Position numbers and translations under genes: made by a program | The notes under the pieces: model-generated | Seen by the model: only the letters and a program-made list of their open reading frames with translations | Database searches by the model: none | Told to the model about the DNA's origin: nothing | Part shown: one piece after another, positions 9,273 to 20,094 of the stretch | Layout of the letters: the number at the start of each line of letters is the position of its first letter | Numbering within the stretch: the stretch's first letter is position 1 | From: Terriglobales bacterium | GTDB lineage: Bacteria; Acidobacteriota; Terriglobia; Terriglobales; SCQP01 | Reading direction: 5' to 3' | Assembly (NCBI GenBank): GCA_035531375.1 | Contig: DATKSZ010000149.1 | Span: 903-64,902 of the forward strand | Length of the DNA stretch: 64,000 bases

Positions 9273-10406
9273 TTAGCGCAACTTCAGCGTGGTCAGCGCG
9301 AACAATGCGCAGACCGCGGCGATGATCCAAAAACGGATGATCACCTTCGACTCGCTCCAGCCCAAATGCTCGAAGTGGTGGTGCAGCGGCGCCATCTTGA
9401 AGATGCGCTTGCCCCGCAGCTTGTAGCTGCCCACCTGCAGGATCACCGACAGCGCCTCGATCACAAAAATGCCGCCCAGGAACGGCAGCAGCAGCTCCTG
9501 CTTGATCAGCACCGCCACCGTCCCGATCGCCCCCCCCAGCGCCAGCGAGCCCACGTCCCCCATGAAGATCTCCGCCGGATGGGCGTTGTACCAGAGGAAG
9601 CCGATGCTCGCCCCCACCATCGCCCCCCCGAAGATGGTGAGCTCGCCCACCTGCGGCATGCGCTCGATCTCCAGGTAGGTGGCAAACACCGCGTGCCCGG
9701 AGACGTAGGTCAGCACCGTCAGCGCCCCGGCGGAGATGATGGTGCAGCCGATCGCCAGCCCGTCCAGCCCGTCGGTGAGGTTGACCGCGTTGCTCGAGCC
9801 CACCACCACCAGCACCACGAACAGGATGAAGGGCAGGAACGCCACCAGGTACCAGCCCGGGTGCCCCAGCAGCCCGTTGAAGGCCAGGTTGGGGCGGTAG
9901 GCCTTGAAAAACGGCACCACCAGCCGGGTGGAGTAGCGCCCGGCGTGGTTCAGCCACACCAGGATGAGCGCGATCGCCACCGCCGCCAGCACCTGCGCCA
10001 GCAGCTTCTGGCGCGAGGTCAGGCCCAGGTTGCGCTGCCGCCGCACCTTGGCCAAATCGTCCGCCAGCCCGATCGCGCCAAACGCCACCACCGCCAAAAT
10101 CGCGATCCAGATGAAGGGGTTGGCCAGGTCGGCCCACAACAGCGTTGGCACCAGGATGGCGATGTTGATGAGCAGCCCGCCCATGGTGGGCGTGCCCGCC
10201 TTGGCGTGGTGCGAGCGCGGCCCGTCCTCGCGGATGTACTGGCCGATCTGGAAGGCCTGCAGCCGCCGGATCAGCCACGGCCCCAGCACCAGCGCGATCG
10301 CCAGCGCCGTCAGCCCGGCGAAGGCGGTGCGGAAGGTGAGGAAGCGGAACAGCCGCAGCGGCCGGTAGTAGGGAAACAGCTTGCGGTAGAAGAGCCAGTA
10401 GAGCAT
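9273..10406 (-). CDS. mraY: phospho-N-acetylmuramoyl-pentapeptide transferase
   Basis: HHAKAGTPTMGG, NAVNLTDGLDGLA, MGDVGSLALGG, APLHHHFE motifs. Confidence 0.95.
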   Translation of the reverse strand: MLYWLFYRKLFPYYRPLRLFRFLTFRTAFAGLTALAIALVLGPWLIRRLQAFQIGQYIREDGPRSHHAKAGTPTMGGLLINIAILVPTLLWADLANPFIWIAILAVVAFGAIGLADDLAKVRRQRNLGLTSRQKLLAQVLAAVAIALILVWLNHAGRYSTRLVVPFFKAYRPNLAFNGLLGHPGWYLVAFLPFILFVVLVVVGSSNAVNLTDGLDGLAIGCTIISAGALTVLTYVSGHAVFATYLEIERMPQVGELTIFGGAMVGASIGFLWYNAHPAEIFMGDVGSLALGGAIGTVAVLIKQELLLPFLGGIFVIEALSVILQVGSYKLRGKRIFKMAPLHHHFEHLGWSESKVIIRFWIIAAVCALFALTTLKLR

Positions 10407-10412
10407 GGGGTC

Positions 10413-11653
<1,241 letters not shown>

Positions 11654-11657
<4 letters not shown>

Positions 11658-13144
11658 AGGCTCCAGCCCAGTTCCGCCAGCGCCGCCCGCGCCTGCTGCG
11701 CATCGTCGAAGGGCAGGCGCTGCTCGCCCACGATCTGGTAGGCCTCGTGCCCCTTGCCGGCCAGCACCACCACGTCGCCCGCCCGCGCCGTGCGCAGCGC
11801 CAGGCGGATGGCGCTGGCGCGGTCGGCGTCCACCAGCACCGCCCCCGGCTCGACCCCGGCCAGCGCCTCGCGGATGATCGCCAGCGGGTCCTCCGAGCGC
11901 GGGTTGTCGCTGGTCAGCACCACCCAATCCGCCCCCCGCCGCGCCGCCTGCGCCATCAGCGGCCGTTTCCCCCGGTCGCGGTCGCCGCCGCAGCCAAACA
12001 GCACCAGCACCCGCCCCGGCGTGGCGCCCTCGCCGCTGGCCAGCTCGCGCGCCAGCCCCAGCACGTTGGCCAGCGCGTCCGGGGTGTGGGCGTAGTCCAC
12101 CAGCACCACAAACGGCTGGCCGGCGTAGACGCGCTCAAACCGCCCCGGCACCCGCCGCAGCCGGCTCGCCCCCTCCACCACCGCCTCCCGCTCCAGCCCC
12201 ATCGCCCAGCCCGTCCCGATCGCCGCCAGCAGGTTGAGCACGTTGGCCCGCCCCACCAGCGGCGTCGCCACCTCGGCGCGGTACCCTCCCGGGCCGCTCA
12301 GCGTGAACGTCGCCCCCGCCGGCCGGTTGCGCAGCCCGCTGGCGCGCAGCTCCGCTCCTTCTCCCAGCCCGTAGCGCACCACCTCGCCGCCATAGCCCGC
12401 CAGCATCGCCACGCTCGCCGGGTCGTCGGCGTTCACCACCGCCGCCCGCGGCGCCGCCGCCCCCAGCCCCCGGAACAGCCGCCGCTTCGCCTCCTGGTAG
12501 CCCGCCATGGTGCCGTGGTAGTCGAGATGGTCCTGGGTCAGGTTGGTGAACACCGCCACCTCGAAGGCGCAGCCCCACACCCGCTCCATCGCCAGCGCGT
12601 GGGAGGAGACCTCCATCACCGCCGCCTGGCACTCCGCCGCCACCATGCGCGCCAGCAGCGCCTGCAGGTCGTAGGACTCGGGCGTGGTGTGGGGCGAGGG
12701 CAAAACCGCTTCGCCGATATGGTACTCCACCGTGCCCAGCAGCCCGCTGCGGATGCCGGCGGCGCGCAGCAGCTCCTCCACCAGCCAGGCGGTGGTGGTC
12801 TTGCCGTTGGTGCCGGTGATGCCCACTAGGCGCAGGCGCTCCGCCGGGCGGCCGAAAAAATTGGCCGCCGCCTGCGCCAGCGCCCTGCGCGCCTGCCCCA
12901 CCTGCACCCAGGCCACCCCCAACTCCCCCGCCGGCGCCGCCTGCTCCGACAGCACCACCGTGGCGCCTTGGCGCCGCGCCTGCGGCACAAAGGCGTTGCC
13001 GTCGGCCTGCTCCCCCCGGATCGCCACAAACGCCCAGCCCGGCTCGATCCGGCGCGAGTCGTAGTGCAGCCCGGCCACGGCGGCGGGCGCGGGCCCGCTC
13101 CGGGCCAGCACCGGAACGTCGCGCAGGAGCTGGTCCAGGGTCAT
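11654..13144 (-). CDS. murE: UDP-N-acetylmuramoyl-L-alanyl-D-glutamate--2,6-diaminopimelate ligase
   Basis: Start MTLDQLLRDV. GITGTNGKTTT, DYAHTPDAL, GCGGDRDRGKRP, DNPRSEDP (DAP-type) motifs. Confidence 0.9.
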
Positions 13145-13161
13145 GGGGGGTTCCTCCAGGG

Positions 13162-15192
13162 CTAGGGCTGCGTCGCCGCGAAGCGCACCATCACCCGTCC
13201 GCCCGCCGCCAGCCGCGTCCCGGCGGCGGGCGCTTGTGCGCGCGCCACGCCACTTCCCTGCAAGGCAAGGTCCAAACCCAGGCGCGCGCAGGCGGCCGAC
13301 ACCGCCCGCACCGATTCGCCGCTGAAGTCCGGCACCACCACCCCGGCGCCGGCGCCGTAGCGCAACACCACCATCGCCGGCGGCACCGCCGGCCCCGCCG
13401 CCGGCTGCGCCGGCGCCGCCAGCGGCAGCTCCGCCACCTCCTGCGACTCTTCCTGCGCGTCGGCGGCGGCGATATGCACCGGCGCCGGCTCCGCCACCAC
13501 CGGGATGTCGTGCGGCACCCCCAGGTAGGGCAGCACCCGCTCGGCGATCTCCTTGAACACCGGACCCGCCACCGCTCCGCCCTCGTGCCCGTCCCGGGGC
13601 GAGTCCAGCACCACCAGGATGGTCACCGCCGGATCGTTGATCGGCGCGAAGCCGCCAAACGAGGCCACGTAGTCCCGCGCCGAGTAAAGATGGGTGCCGG
13701 GATCCACTTTTTGCGCGGTGCCGGTCTTGCCGGCGGCGGTGTAGCCGTTGAGCTGCGCCTGCTGCGCCGTGCCCGCCAGCACCACCTGCGCCATCATCTG
13801 CTTCATCTCGTTCGCCACCCGCTCGCTCACCACCCGCCGCCCCGGCTCCCCCGCCTCCTCCGCCGCCTGCGCCGGCGCCGCCCCGCTGAACTCGCCCAGC
13901 ACCACCCGCGGCTGGTGGTAGACCCCGCCGTCCGCCAGGGTCGAGATCATGGCGATCACCTGCAGCGGCGTTACCGCCACCTCCTGCCCCATGCTCACCG
14001 CCCCGATGGACATCGGCGTCCAGCGCGCCACCGGCCACACGATCCCGCGCGACTCGCCCGGCAGCATCACCCCCGTCGGCGCGCCAAAGCCGTAGGCCCG
14101 GATGTAGTGGTAAAACTCGTCATCGCCGAGCTTGAGCCCGATCTTGATCGCCCCCACGTCGCTGGAGTGCCGCAAAATATCGCTCACGCTCATCACCCCG
14201 AACTTGGCGTGGTCGTGGATGATGCGCCCGCCCAGAAAGATCGAGCCCATCTGGCAGTTGATCATCTCCTCCGGGGTGATCAGGTGCTGCTGCAGCGCCG
14301 CCGACAGCGTCACCAGCTTGAACACCGAGCCCGGCTCGTAGGGATCGCTCACCGCGGCATCGCCCAGAGCGGCGGCGGGGGCGTTCTCGAAATCGTTGGG
14401 ATCGAAGCTGGGCGAGTTGGCCAGCGCCAGGATCTGCCCGTTGTGGGGATCCTCCACCACGGCCACGCCGCGCAGCGCGTGGTGGGCGGCCACCGCCCGG
14501 TCGAGCGCCTGCTGGGCGATGAACTGGATGTTCTGGTCGAGGCTGAGCACCAGGTTCTTGCCCTCCACCGGGGGGCGCTCGACCTGGCTGTAGCTCTGCC
14601 CGTGGGCGTCCACCTCCAGCACCGCCCGCCCGTTGCGGCCGTGCAGCACCGGGTCGAAGGAGTGCTCGATGCCGCCCAGGCCGTGCCCGTCCATCCCAAC
14701 GTAGCCCAGCACGCTCGCCGCCAGTTGGCCCTTGGGATAGAAGCGCCGCGTGTCGGGCTGGGCGAATACCCCGGCCAGGTGCAGCGCCGCCACCGCCTGC
14801 GCCTGGTCGGCGGTCACCTGGCGCGCGATCCAGACAAAGCCGCGCCGCTCGCGCAGGGTGCGCGCCAACTCGCTCCGGTCCAGCCCCAGGATGGGCGCCA
14901 GCGCCCGCGCCGCCGCCCCCGCGTCCCCCACCTGGCGGGGGTTGGCGAACAGCGACTGCACCGGCAGGCTCATCGCCAGCGGCGTCAGGTGGCGATCATA
15001 GATGGCGCCGCGCTGCGCCTCCACCGTCACCGTGCGCTGCTGCTGCAGTTGCGCCCGCCGCGCCAGCCAGGCGTGGTCCACCACCTGCAGCCAGAACAGC
15101 CGCGCCACCACCAGCAGCGCCCAAAGCGTCAAGCCCGCCTGCAGGCTGAGCAGGCGGTAGCGGGGGGTGGACTGGCGCTCGACGTTCGGCAT
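13162..15192 (-). CDS. ftsI: penicillin-binding protein 3-like transpeptidase with C-terminal PASTA-like domain
   Basis: N-terminal TM anchor. PBP dimerisation and transpeptidase regions (SVFK, SSD, AGKTGTA). Last ~60 aa match the PASTA pattern VPDFSGESVR..GL..GSG.V..Q.P..G. Confidence 0.9.
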   Translation of the reverse strand: MPNVERQSTPRYRLLSLQAGLTLWALLVVARLFWLQVVDHAWLARRAQLQQQRTVTVEAQRGAIYDRHLTPLAMSLPVQSLFANPRQVGDAGAAARALAPILGLDRSELARTLRERRGFVWIARQVTADQAQAVAALHLAGVFAQPDTRRFYPKGQLAASVLGYVGMDGHGLGGIEHSFDPVLHGRNGRAVLEVDAHGQSYSQVERPPVEGKNLVLSLDQNIQFIAQQALDRAVAAHHALRGVAVVEDPHNGQILALANSPSFDPNDFENAPAAALGDAAVSDPYEPGSVFKLVTLSAALQQHLITPEEMINCQMGSIFLGGRIIHDHAKFGVMSVSDILRHSSDVGAIKIGLKLGDDEFYHYIRAYGFGAPTGVMLPGESRGIVWPVARWTPMSIGAVSMGQEVAVTPLQVIAMISTLADGGVYHQPRVVLGEFSGAAPAQAAEEAGEPGRRVVSERVANEMKQMMAQVVLAGTAQQAQLNGYTAAGKTGTAQKVDPGTHLYSARDYVASFGGFAPINDPAVTILVVLDSPRDGHEGGAVAGPVFKEIAERVLPYLGVPHDIPVVAEPAPVHIAAADAQEESQEVAELPLAAPAQPAAGPAVPPAMVVLRYGAGAGVVVPDFSGESVRAVSAACARLGLDLALQGSGVARAQAPAAGTRLAAGGRVMVRFAATQP

Positions 15193-15231
15193 GGTACAGG
15201 CCCCCAGCGGGTGGCGCGCCGCCCCGCGCCG

Positions 15232-15636
15232 CTAGCGATTGCCGGCCGCCATCGGCGCCGGCGCGGTGTTCGCCGCCAAGGCCGGCGCCACCCCGTTGCT
15301 CGGCGCCGTCGCCAGCGCCAGGATCTGCCCCGGCTGCGCCGTCTGCATGCCCAACTGCGCCTGCGCCAGGGTATAAATTCGGTCCGGGCTGCGCAGCGCC
15401 GCCTGCTGCAGTTCCAGCCCGCGGTTCCACTGCTCCAGGCTGGCCGCCTGCTGCCGCGCCGCCTCCAACTGGTAGCCCAGCCGCACCATCTCGAAGCGCT
15501 GCCAGGCGTAGCCGAAGCCCAGCGCGAACACCACCATCACCGCCGCCAGGTACACCCGCTGCTCCCGCCGCCGCTGCGGGTCGGCGACGCGGACCACGCG
15601 CGAGTTGTCAATTTGTTGTACGAAGTAGATCTCCAT
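15232..15636 (-). CDS. ftsL: FtsL-like cell division protein
   Basis: Single TM helix (VYLAAVMVVFALGFGYAW) followed by a coiled region. Conserved slot between rsmH and ftsI. Confidence 0.6.
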   Translation of the reverse strand: MEIYFVQQIDNSRVVRVADPQRRREQRVYLAAVMVVFALGFGYAWQRFEMVRLGYQLEAARQQAASLEQWNRGLELQQAALRSPDRIYTLAQAQLGMQTAQPGQILALATAPSNGVAPALAANTAPAPMAAGNR

Positions 15637-15637
15637 C

Positions 15638-16540
15638 TCAGCCCTCCGCCCCCAACCGCTCCACCGCCCGCAGCTTGGCGCTGCGCGAACGCGGGTTCCG
15701 CGCCGCCTCCGCCGCGCTCGGCCGCAACGGCCGCGGCGTCAAAATCCGGTACCAGCCCGCCTGCGCCCCCGCCCGGAAGCTCTGCTTCACCGGACGGTCC
15801 TCCAACGAATGAAAACTGATGATCACCGCCCGGCCGCCCGGACGCAGCCAGCTCGGCAATATCTCCAGCAACTCGGCAAGGGCCTGCAACTCGGAGTTCA
15901 CGTAGATGCGCAGCGCCTGAAACGTCCGCGTCGCCGGATGCGGCCCCCGGCTGCGTTTCATTGGCCGGTTCACGGCCGCCACCAACTCCGCCAACTGGGC
16001 GGTGCTGCGCAGCGGCCGCGACCGGACAATGGCTCTGGCAATTCTCCGCGACCTCCTTTCCTCTCCGAATTGGAAAATCAGATCGGCCAGCTCGCGCTCG
16101 TCGAACTGATTCACCACCTGTTCCGCCGTCAGCGGCTGGCGAGGATCCATCCTCATGTCCAGCGGCCCCGCGGCGGCAAAGCTAAATCCCCGTTCGGGAC
16201 GGCCGAGCTGCATCGAGCTCACCCCCAGGTCGGCCACCACGCCGTCCACCTGGTCCATCCCCTCCGCCCGCAGCGCCCTCGCCCCTGCGGCAAAGTCCTG
16301 CTGCCGGGCCTCGAACTCCACCTCCCGCTCCCCCCGCCCCGCCAGCGCCTTCTCCGCCAGCGCCAGCGCCTCCGGGTCGCGGTCGAACCCGATCAACTTC
16401 CCCCGCCCCATCGCCGCCGCGATCCGCAGGCTGTGGCCGCCCGCTCCCAGCGTGCAGTCCACATACACCCCCCCCGCCCGCGGCGCCAAATACTCCACCA
16501 CCTCGTCGGCCATGACCGCGACATGTTCCGCCCCGGCCAC
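15638..16540 (-). CDS. rsmH: 16S rRNA (cytosine1402-N4)-methyltransferase
   Basis: HVAVM..VDCTLGAGGHS, FDRDPEA, DLGVSSMQL, ISFHSLEDR motifs. Confidence 0.9.
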   Translation of the reverse strand: MAGAEHVAVMADEVVEYLAPRAGGVYVDCTLGAGGHSLRIAAAMGRGKLIGFDRDPEALALAEKALAGRGEREVEFEARQQDFAAGARALRAEGMDQVDGVVADLGVSSMQLGRPERGFSFAAAGPLDMRMDPRQPLTAEQVVNQFDERELADLIFQFGEERRSRRIARAIVRSRPLRSTAQLAELVAAVNRPMKRSRGPHPATRTFQALRIYVNSELQALAELLEILPSWLRPGGRAVIISFHSLEDRPVKQSFRAGAQAGWYRILTPRPLRPSAAEAARNPRSRSAKLRAVERLGAEG

Positions 16541-16546
16541 GCCGCC

Positions 16547-16990
16547 CTATATCCCCAGGTCGGCCAGCGTCTGCTTGTCGGCGTCGGTGAACTCCTTCGC
16601 CTTCATCTCCGACAGCAGCCGCTCTTCGTTCCAGACTTCCAGGTACTGCAGGTACCCCAGCACCGCCACATCGCCCCGCATCTGCGCCGCCTCGCGCAGC
16701 ACCGCCGGGATTAGCACCCGCCCCTGCGCATCCATCTCCACCACCTGGCCAAAGTAGTTCGTCCGGCTCAGCAGCTTCTGCTTGGTCGGGTGCATCGAAG
16801 GCAACGCCGCCAGCCGCTCCTCGATCCGCTCCCACTCCCGCAGCGGGTACACCCGCGCGTTCACCCCGTCGAAGCTGGTGATATAGAACTGGTGGTTGGG
16901 GTTCGCCTGGTCCAGGTGGGCGCGGAACTCGGTGGGCAGCTTGAGCCGCCCCTTTTCGTCCACCCGCGCTGGATAGTTGCCCCGCAGCAT
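16547..16990 (-). CDS. mraZ: transcriptional regulator MraZ
   Basis: MLRGNYPARVDEKGRLKLP N-terminus and a second DAQGRVLIP SpoVT/AbrB-like repeat. The upstream in-frame ORF start at 17014 (GTG, not an ATG) would fall inside the operator boxes, so 16990 is preferred. Confidence 0.85.
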   Translation of the reverse strand: MLRGNYPARVDEKGRLKLPTEFRAHLDQANPNHQFYITSFDGVNARVYPLREWERIEERLAALPSMHPTKQKLLSRTNYFGQVVEMDAQGRVLIPAVLREAAQMRGDVAVLGYLQYLEVWNEERLLSEMKAKEFTDADKQTLADLGI

Positions 16991-16999
16991 TTTCTTCCC

Positions 17000-17034
17000 A
17001 CCACAATTTACCACTTCTCACCACTTCTGCCCAC
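17000..17034 (-). promoter_or_regulatory. four direct GTGG[G/T] boxes at exact 10-bp spacing (candidate MraZ operator)
   Basis: Minus strand reads TAATAT-GTGGG-CAGAA-GTGGT-GAGAA-GTGGT-AAATT-GTGGT-GGGAAGAAA-ATG. This is a 5-nt box plus 5-nt spacer architecture like the known MraZ repeat operators. Confidence 0.5.
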
Positions 17035-17062
17035 ATATTAGTGGCTGGGAGCCCGAAGTCAA
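17035..17062 (-). promoter_or_regulatory. sigma70-like promoter of the dcw operon
   Basis: Minus strand carries TTGACT (17062-17057), a 16-nt spacer, then TAATAT (17040-17035), in an AT-richer gap. Confidence 0.55.
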
Positions 17063-17209
17063 GTCCGGAATTGCACATTTTTTCCGGTATCTGCCCTGTT
17101 ACGCGAAGAAAAGGCGAAGAAAGCCTGGCGGCCGCACGCCCAGCGCCGGCCGTTCGCTTCCGGATTTCGGCGAGTGGCCCTAAAGGCGGCAGTGCGCATC
17201 GCACCTTCG

Positions 17210-18400
17210 ATGCGGGTGCTGGTGCTGGGCGGAACCGGGTTTGTGGGCTCCGCCCTGGTGAAGAGGTTGCTGGCCGAGGGCCACAGCGTCGCCGTCTTCC
17301 ACCGCGGCGCCATCGGCCGGCCTTGCCACTCCCTCGCCGTGGGCCCGCATCCGCCGCCGCTGTGCATCCACGGCGACCGCCGCCAGCTCGAGGCGTTCGC
17401 GGCCGCCTTCGCCCTGTTCGCGCCCGAGGTGGTGGTGGACGCCATCGCCGCCGCGGCCGCGCCGGCGCGGCGCACGCTGCGGCTGTTCGCCGCCTGGGCG
17501 CGGCGCGTGGTGCTGGTGGGCAGCATGGATGTCTACCGCGCCTGCGGCATCTTCCACGGCACCGAAGACGGCGGGCCCGAGCTGGGGGTGCTGGACGAGT
17601 CGGCGCCGCTGCGCCAGCGCCCCGGCCTCTACCCCGCCTCCACCCTGCAGCGCATGCGCCAGCTCTGCGGCTGGCTGGAAGAGGGCTACGACAAGTTGGG
17701 CATGGAGCAGGCGGCGGCCGCCTGCCCGGGCGTGGAGGTGGTGGTGGTGCGCCTAGCGCCGGTCTACGGCCCCGGCGACCGGCAGCGGCGGCTGCTGCCG
17801 CTGTGGCGGCCGATGCGCGACCGGCGGCGCGCCCTGCTGCTGCCGCGCGGCTGGGCGGAGTGGCGCAGCCCGCGCGGCTACGTCGAGAACGTGGCCGAGG
17901 GCCTCGCCCTGGCGGCCCTCCATCCCCGCGCCGCCGGACGCACCTACAACCTCGCCGACGCCGGCAACCACTCCGAGGCGGAGTGGGCGCAGCACCTCGC
18001 CGCCGCCTGCGCCTGGCCCGGGCGCCTGGTGGTCACCTCCCCGGCCCACACCCCGCCCCACCTACGCGTCTATGCCAACACCGCCCAGCCTTGGCTGGCC
18101 GACACCACCCGCATCCGCCGCGAGCTCGGCTACCGCGAGCGCGTCCCCCTGCCCGCGGCGCTCGCCGCCTCCCTCGCCTGGGAGCGACAGCAGCCCGCCC
18201 AGCCCGGCGACGCCGCCGACTACGCCGCCGCCGACTACGCCGCCGAAGACGCGGTGCTGCGCTGGCTGGGCATGGCGGCCGAGGCCGGCGCCTGGGGATG
18301 CAGCTTGGCGAACAGCGCCCACAGCATGGCCACCACCACCAGCACCCAGACGCTGCCCTCCGGCCCCACCGTGCCGCCGGTGATCCAGCTCGAGCCCTGA
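17210..18400 (+). CDS. NAD-dependent epimerase/dehydratase family protein
   Basis: MRVLVLGGTGFVGSALV Rossmann N-terminus. The long non-conserved tail overlaps the convergent CPBP gene by 166 nt. Confidence 0.75.
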   Translation: MRVLVLGGTGFVGSALVKRLLAEGHSVAVFHRGAIGRPCHSLAVGPHPPPLCIHGDRRQLEAFAAAFALFAPEVVVDAIAAAAAPARRTLRLFAAWARRVVLVGSMDVYRACGIFHGTEDGGPELGVLDESAPLRQRPGLYPASTLQRMRQLCGWLEEGYDKLGMEQAAAACPGVEVVVVRLAPVYGPGDRQRRLLPLWRPMRDRRRALLLPRGWAEWRSPRGYVENVAEGLALAALHPRAAGRTYNLADAGNHSEAEWAQHLAAACAWPGRLVVTSPAHTPPHLRVYANTAQPWLADTTRIRRELGYRERVPLPAALAASLAWERQQPAQPGDAADYAAADYAAEDAVLRWLGMAAEAGAWGCSLANSAHSMATTTSTQTLPSGPTVPPVIQLEP

Positions 18401-19158
18401 AAGTGCGGCTGCAGCAGCCGCCCGTGGCTGAGCAGCCCGCTGTCGGGCACGCCGTAGACAAAGCTCTGGCAGAAGTCCCAGGCGGCGTGCATGCCCACCG
18501 CAAACCACAGGTCGCCGGTGCGCCACCAGGTGAAACAGAAGAAAAAGCCCAGCAGCCCCGCCGAGGTCACGCCCAAGGGGGTTTCCCCGGGGTTGCGCAG
18601 GTGGACCGCCCCAAACGCCAACGAGAGCAGCATCGCCGCCGGCCAAAAGCCCACCCCGGCCCGCAGCGTGAACAGCGCATAGCCGCGGTAGCGGAACTCC
18701 TCGAACAGCGCCACCAGCAAAAACGCCAGCCCCCACTCCAGCCCGTAGCGCAGCGTCTCCATCCCCGGCCGCGCCCCCAGCCCCAGGCGCAGGTCGCCGC
18801 TGGCCCCGATCAGCAGCAGCAGCGCCGTGAGCGATCCCGCCCCCCACAGCGCCCCCTCCCAGAAGTTCCGGCGCAAGGCGCCCCGCGCCGGCAGCCCGTA
18901 GGTTCCCAGCGGGCGCTGCTCCAGCAAGGTCATCGCCAGCGTGGCGATCGCCACCCACAGCAGGGCGAATCCCTCGCCCATCGCCACCGCGCCCGGCGTG
19001 ATCACCAGGAGGGCGGGCGAGCTCGGCGCCAGCTTGCCCACCCCGCCGCTGAGCAGGTCGGGAATGCCCACCAGGATGAACCCGAACACCGCCAGCCGCC
19101 AGCCCGCCCGCAGCCCGGCGAAGTCGCGCTGCTCGGGCGAAGAGAACCAAAGGCTCAT
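18235..19158 (-). CDS. CPBP-family intramembrane glutamic endopeptidase (CAAX protease/Abi-like), paralog 1
   Basis: EEFRYRGYA, FGAVHLRN, HAAWDF motifs. Multiple TM helices. Confidence 0.8.
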   Translation of the reverse strand: MSLWFSSPEQRDFAGLRAGWRLAVFGFILVGIPDLLSGGVGKLAPSSPALLVITPGAVAMGEGFALLWVAIATLAMTLLEQRPLGTYGLPARGALRRNFWEGALWGAGSLTALLLLIGASGDLRLGLGARPGMETLRYGLEWGLAFLLVALFEEFRYRGYALFTLRAGVGFWPAAMLLSLAFGAVHLRNPGETPLGVTSAGLLGFFFCFTWWRTGDLWFAVGMHAAWDFCQSFVYGVPDSGLLSHGRLLQPHFQGSSWITGGTVGPEGSVWVLVVVAMLWALFAKLHPQAPASAAMPSQRSTASSAA

Positions 19159-20039
19159 GGCGTGGGCGCCGCCGCCGCTTGTGCCGCCGGGTGGCGCCGG
19201 GCGAACAGCACGAACAGCGCGGCAATCACCAGGAAGACATACACGCTGCCCTCGGGCCCCACGCTGCCGCCGGTGATCCAGTGCGAGCCGCGGAAGCTGG
19301 GGTGCATCAGGCTGCCGGGCAGGGTCGAGCCGCTGTCGGGCACGCCGAACAGAAAGCTCTCGCTATAGTCCCAGGCGGCATGCAGCCCCACCGCAAACCA
19401 GAGGTTGCCGGTGCGGCGCACGGTCAAACAGAAAAACAGCCCAATCCCCGCCGCCGCGAGCGCGCCCAGGATGCTCTCGCCGCTGTTGCCCAGGTGCAGC
19501 GCGCCAAACAGCGCCGACAATCCCACCGCCGCCGGCCAGAAGTCCAGCCCGCTGGCCAGCGTCACCAGCGCGTAGCCGCGGAAGCAGAACTCCTCGAACA
19601 GGCCCACGCTGACAAACGCCACCGCCCACTCCAGCGCCGACCGCACTGTGCCCGCGCTGGCGGTCAAGGGGGCGAAGCGCAGGCCGCCGCTGGCCGCGAT
19701 CAGCCCCAGCAACAGGCTCAGCGCCACGAACCCCCAGAGCGCTCCCCGCCAAAACTCGCCCCGGAAGGCGGCGCGCCCGGGCAGGCCGAAGTCGCCGAAA
19801 GGCCGCTGCTCCAGCCGCGCCAGGATCAGCGTCACCAGCCCCACCCACAGCAGCGGCACCCCATCGCCCACCCAGTGCGGGAGCGCCCGCGCCCACCCCG
19901 CCCCGGCGGCGCTGCTCATCGCCAGTCCATAGCCCAGCAGCGGACCCGCCACCATCAGCACAAACAGCGCGAAGCGCCAGCCCGCCCGCAAACCGCCCAA
20001 GTCGCGCCGCTCCGCCGACGTGTACCAAAGGCTCGCCAT
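19155..20039 (-). CDS. CPBP-family intramembrane glutamic endopeptidase, paralog 2
   Basis: EEFCFRGYA, FGALHLGN, HAAWDY motifs. Collinear with paralog 1, 4-nt overlap. Confidence 0.8.
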   Translation of the reverse strand: MASLWYTSAERRDLGGLRAGWRFALFVLMVAGPLLGYGLAMSSAAGAGWARALPHWVGDGVPLLWVGLVTLILARLEQRPFGDFGLPGRAAFRGEFWRGALWGFVALSLLLGLIAASGGLRFAPLTASAGTVRSALEWAVAFVSVGLFEEFCFRGYALVTLASGLDFWPAAVGLSALFGALHLGNSGESILGALAAAGIGLFFCLTVRRTGNLWFAVGLHAAWDYSESFLFGVPDSGSTLPGSLMHPSFRGSHWITGGSVGPEGSVYVFLVIAALFVLFARRHPAAQAAAAPTP

Positions 20040-20079
20040 ACCGCGTATGGTAGCGGAATTGCCCGCCGCATGCCCTCCG

Positions 20080-20085
20080 TATAAT
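20080..20085 (+). promoter_or_regulatory. -10 box for the tRNA gene
   Basis: Perfect TATAAT 9 nt upstream of the tRNA 5' end. The -35 element is weak (TTGCCC-like at 20059). Confidence 0.4.
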
Positions 20086-20094
20086 GAAGGGGCC

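Noticed and set aside
16991-17014. Longer mraZ start (MVNCGGKKM..., the ORF-track GTG start at 17014).
   Set aside because: It would place the coding sequence over the periodic GTGG boxes. MraZ proteins normally begin at M(F/L)RG, which matches the ATG at 16990.
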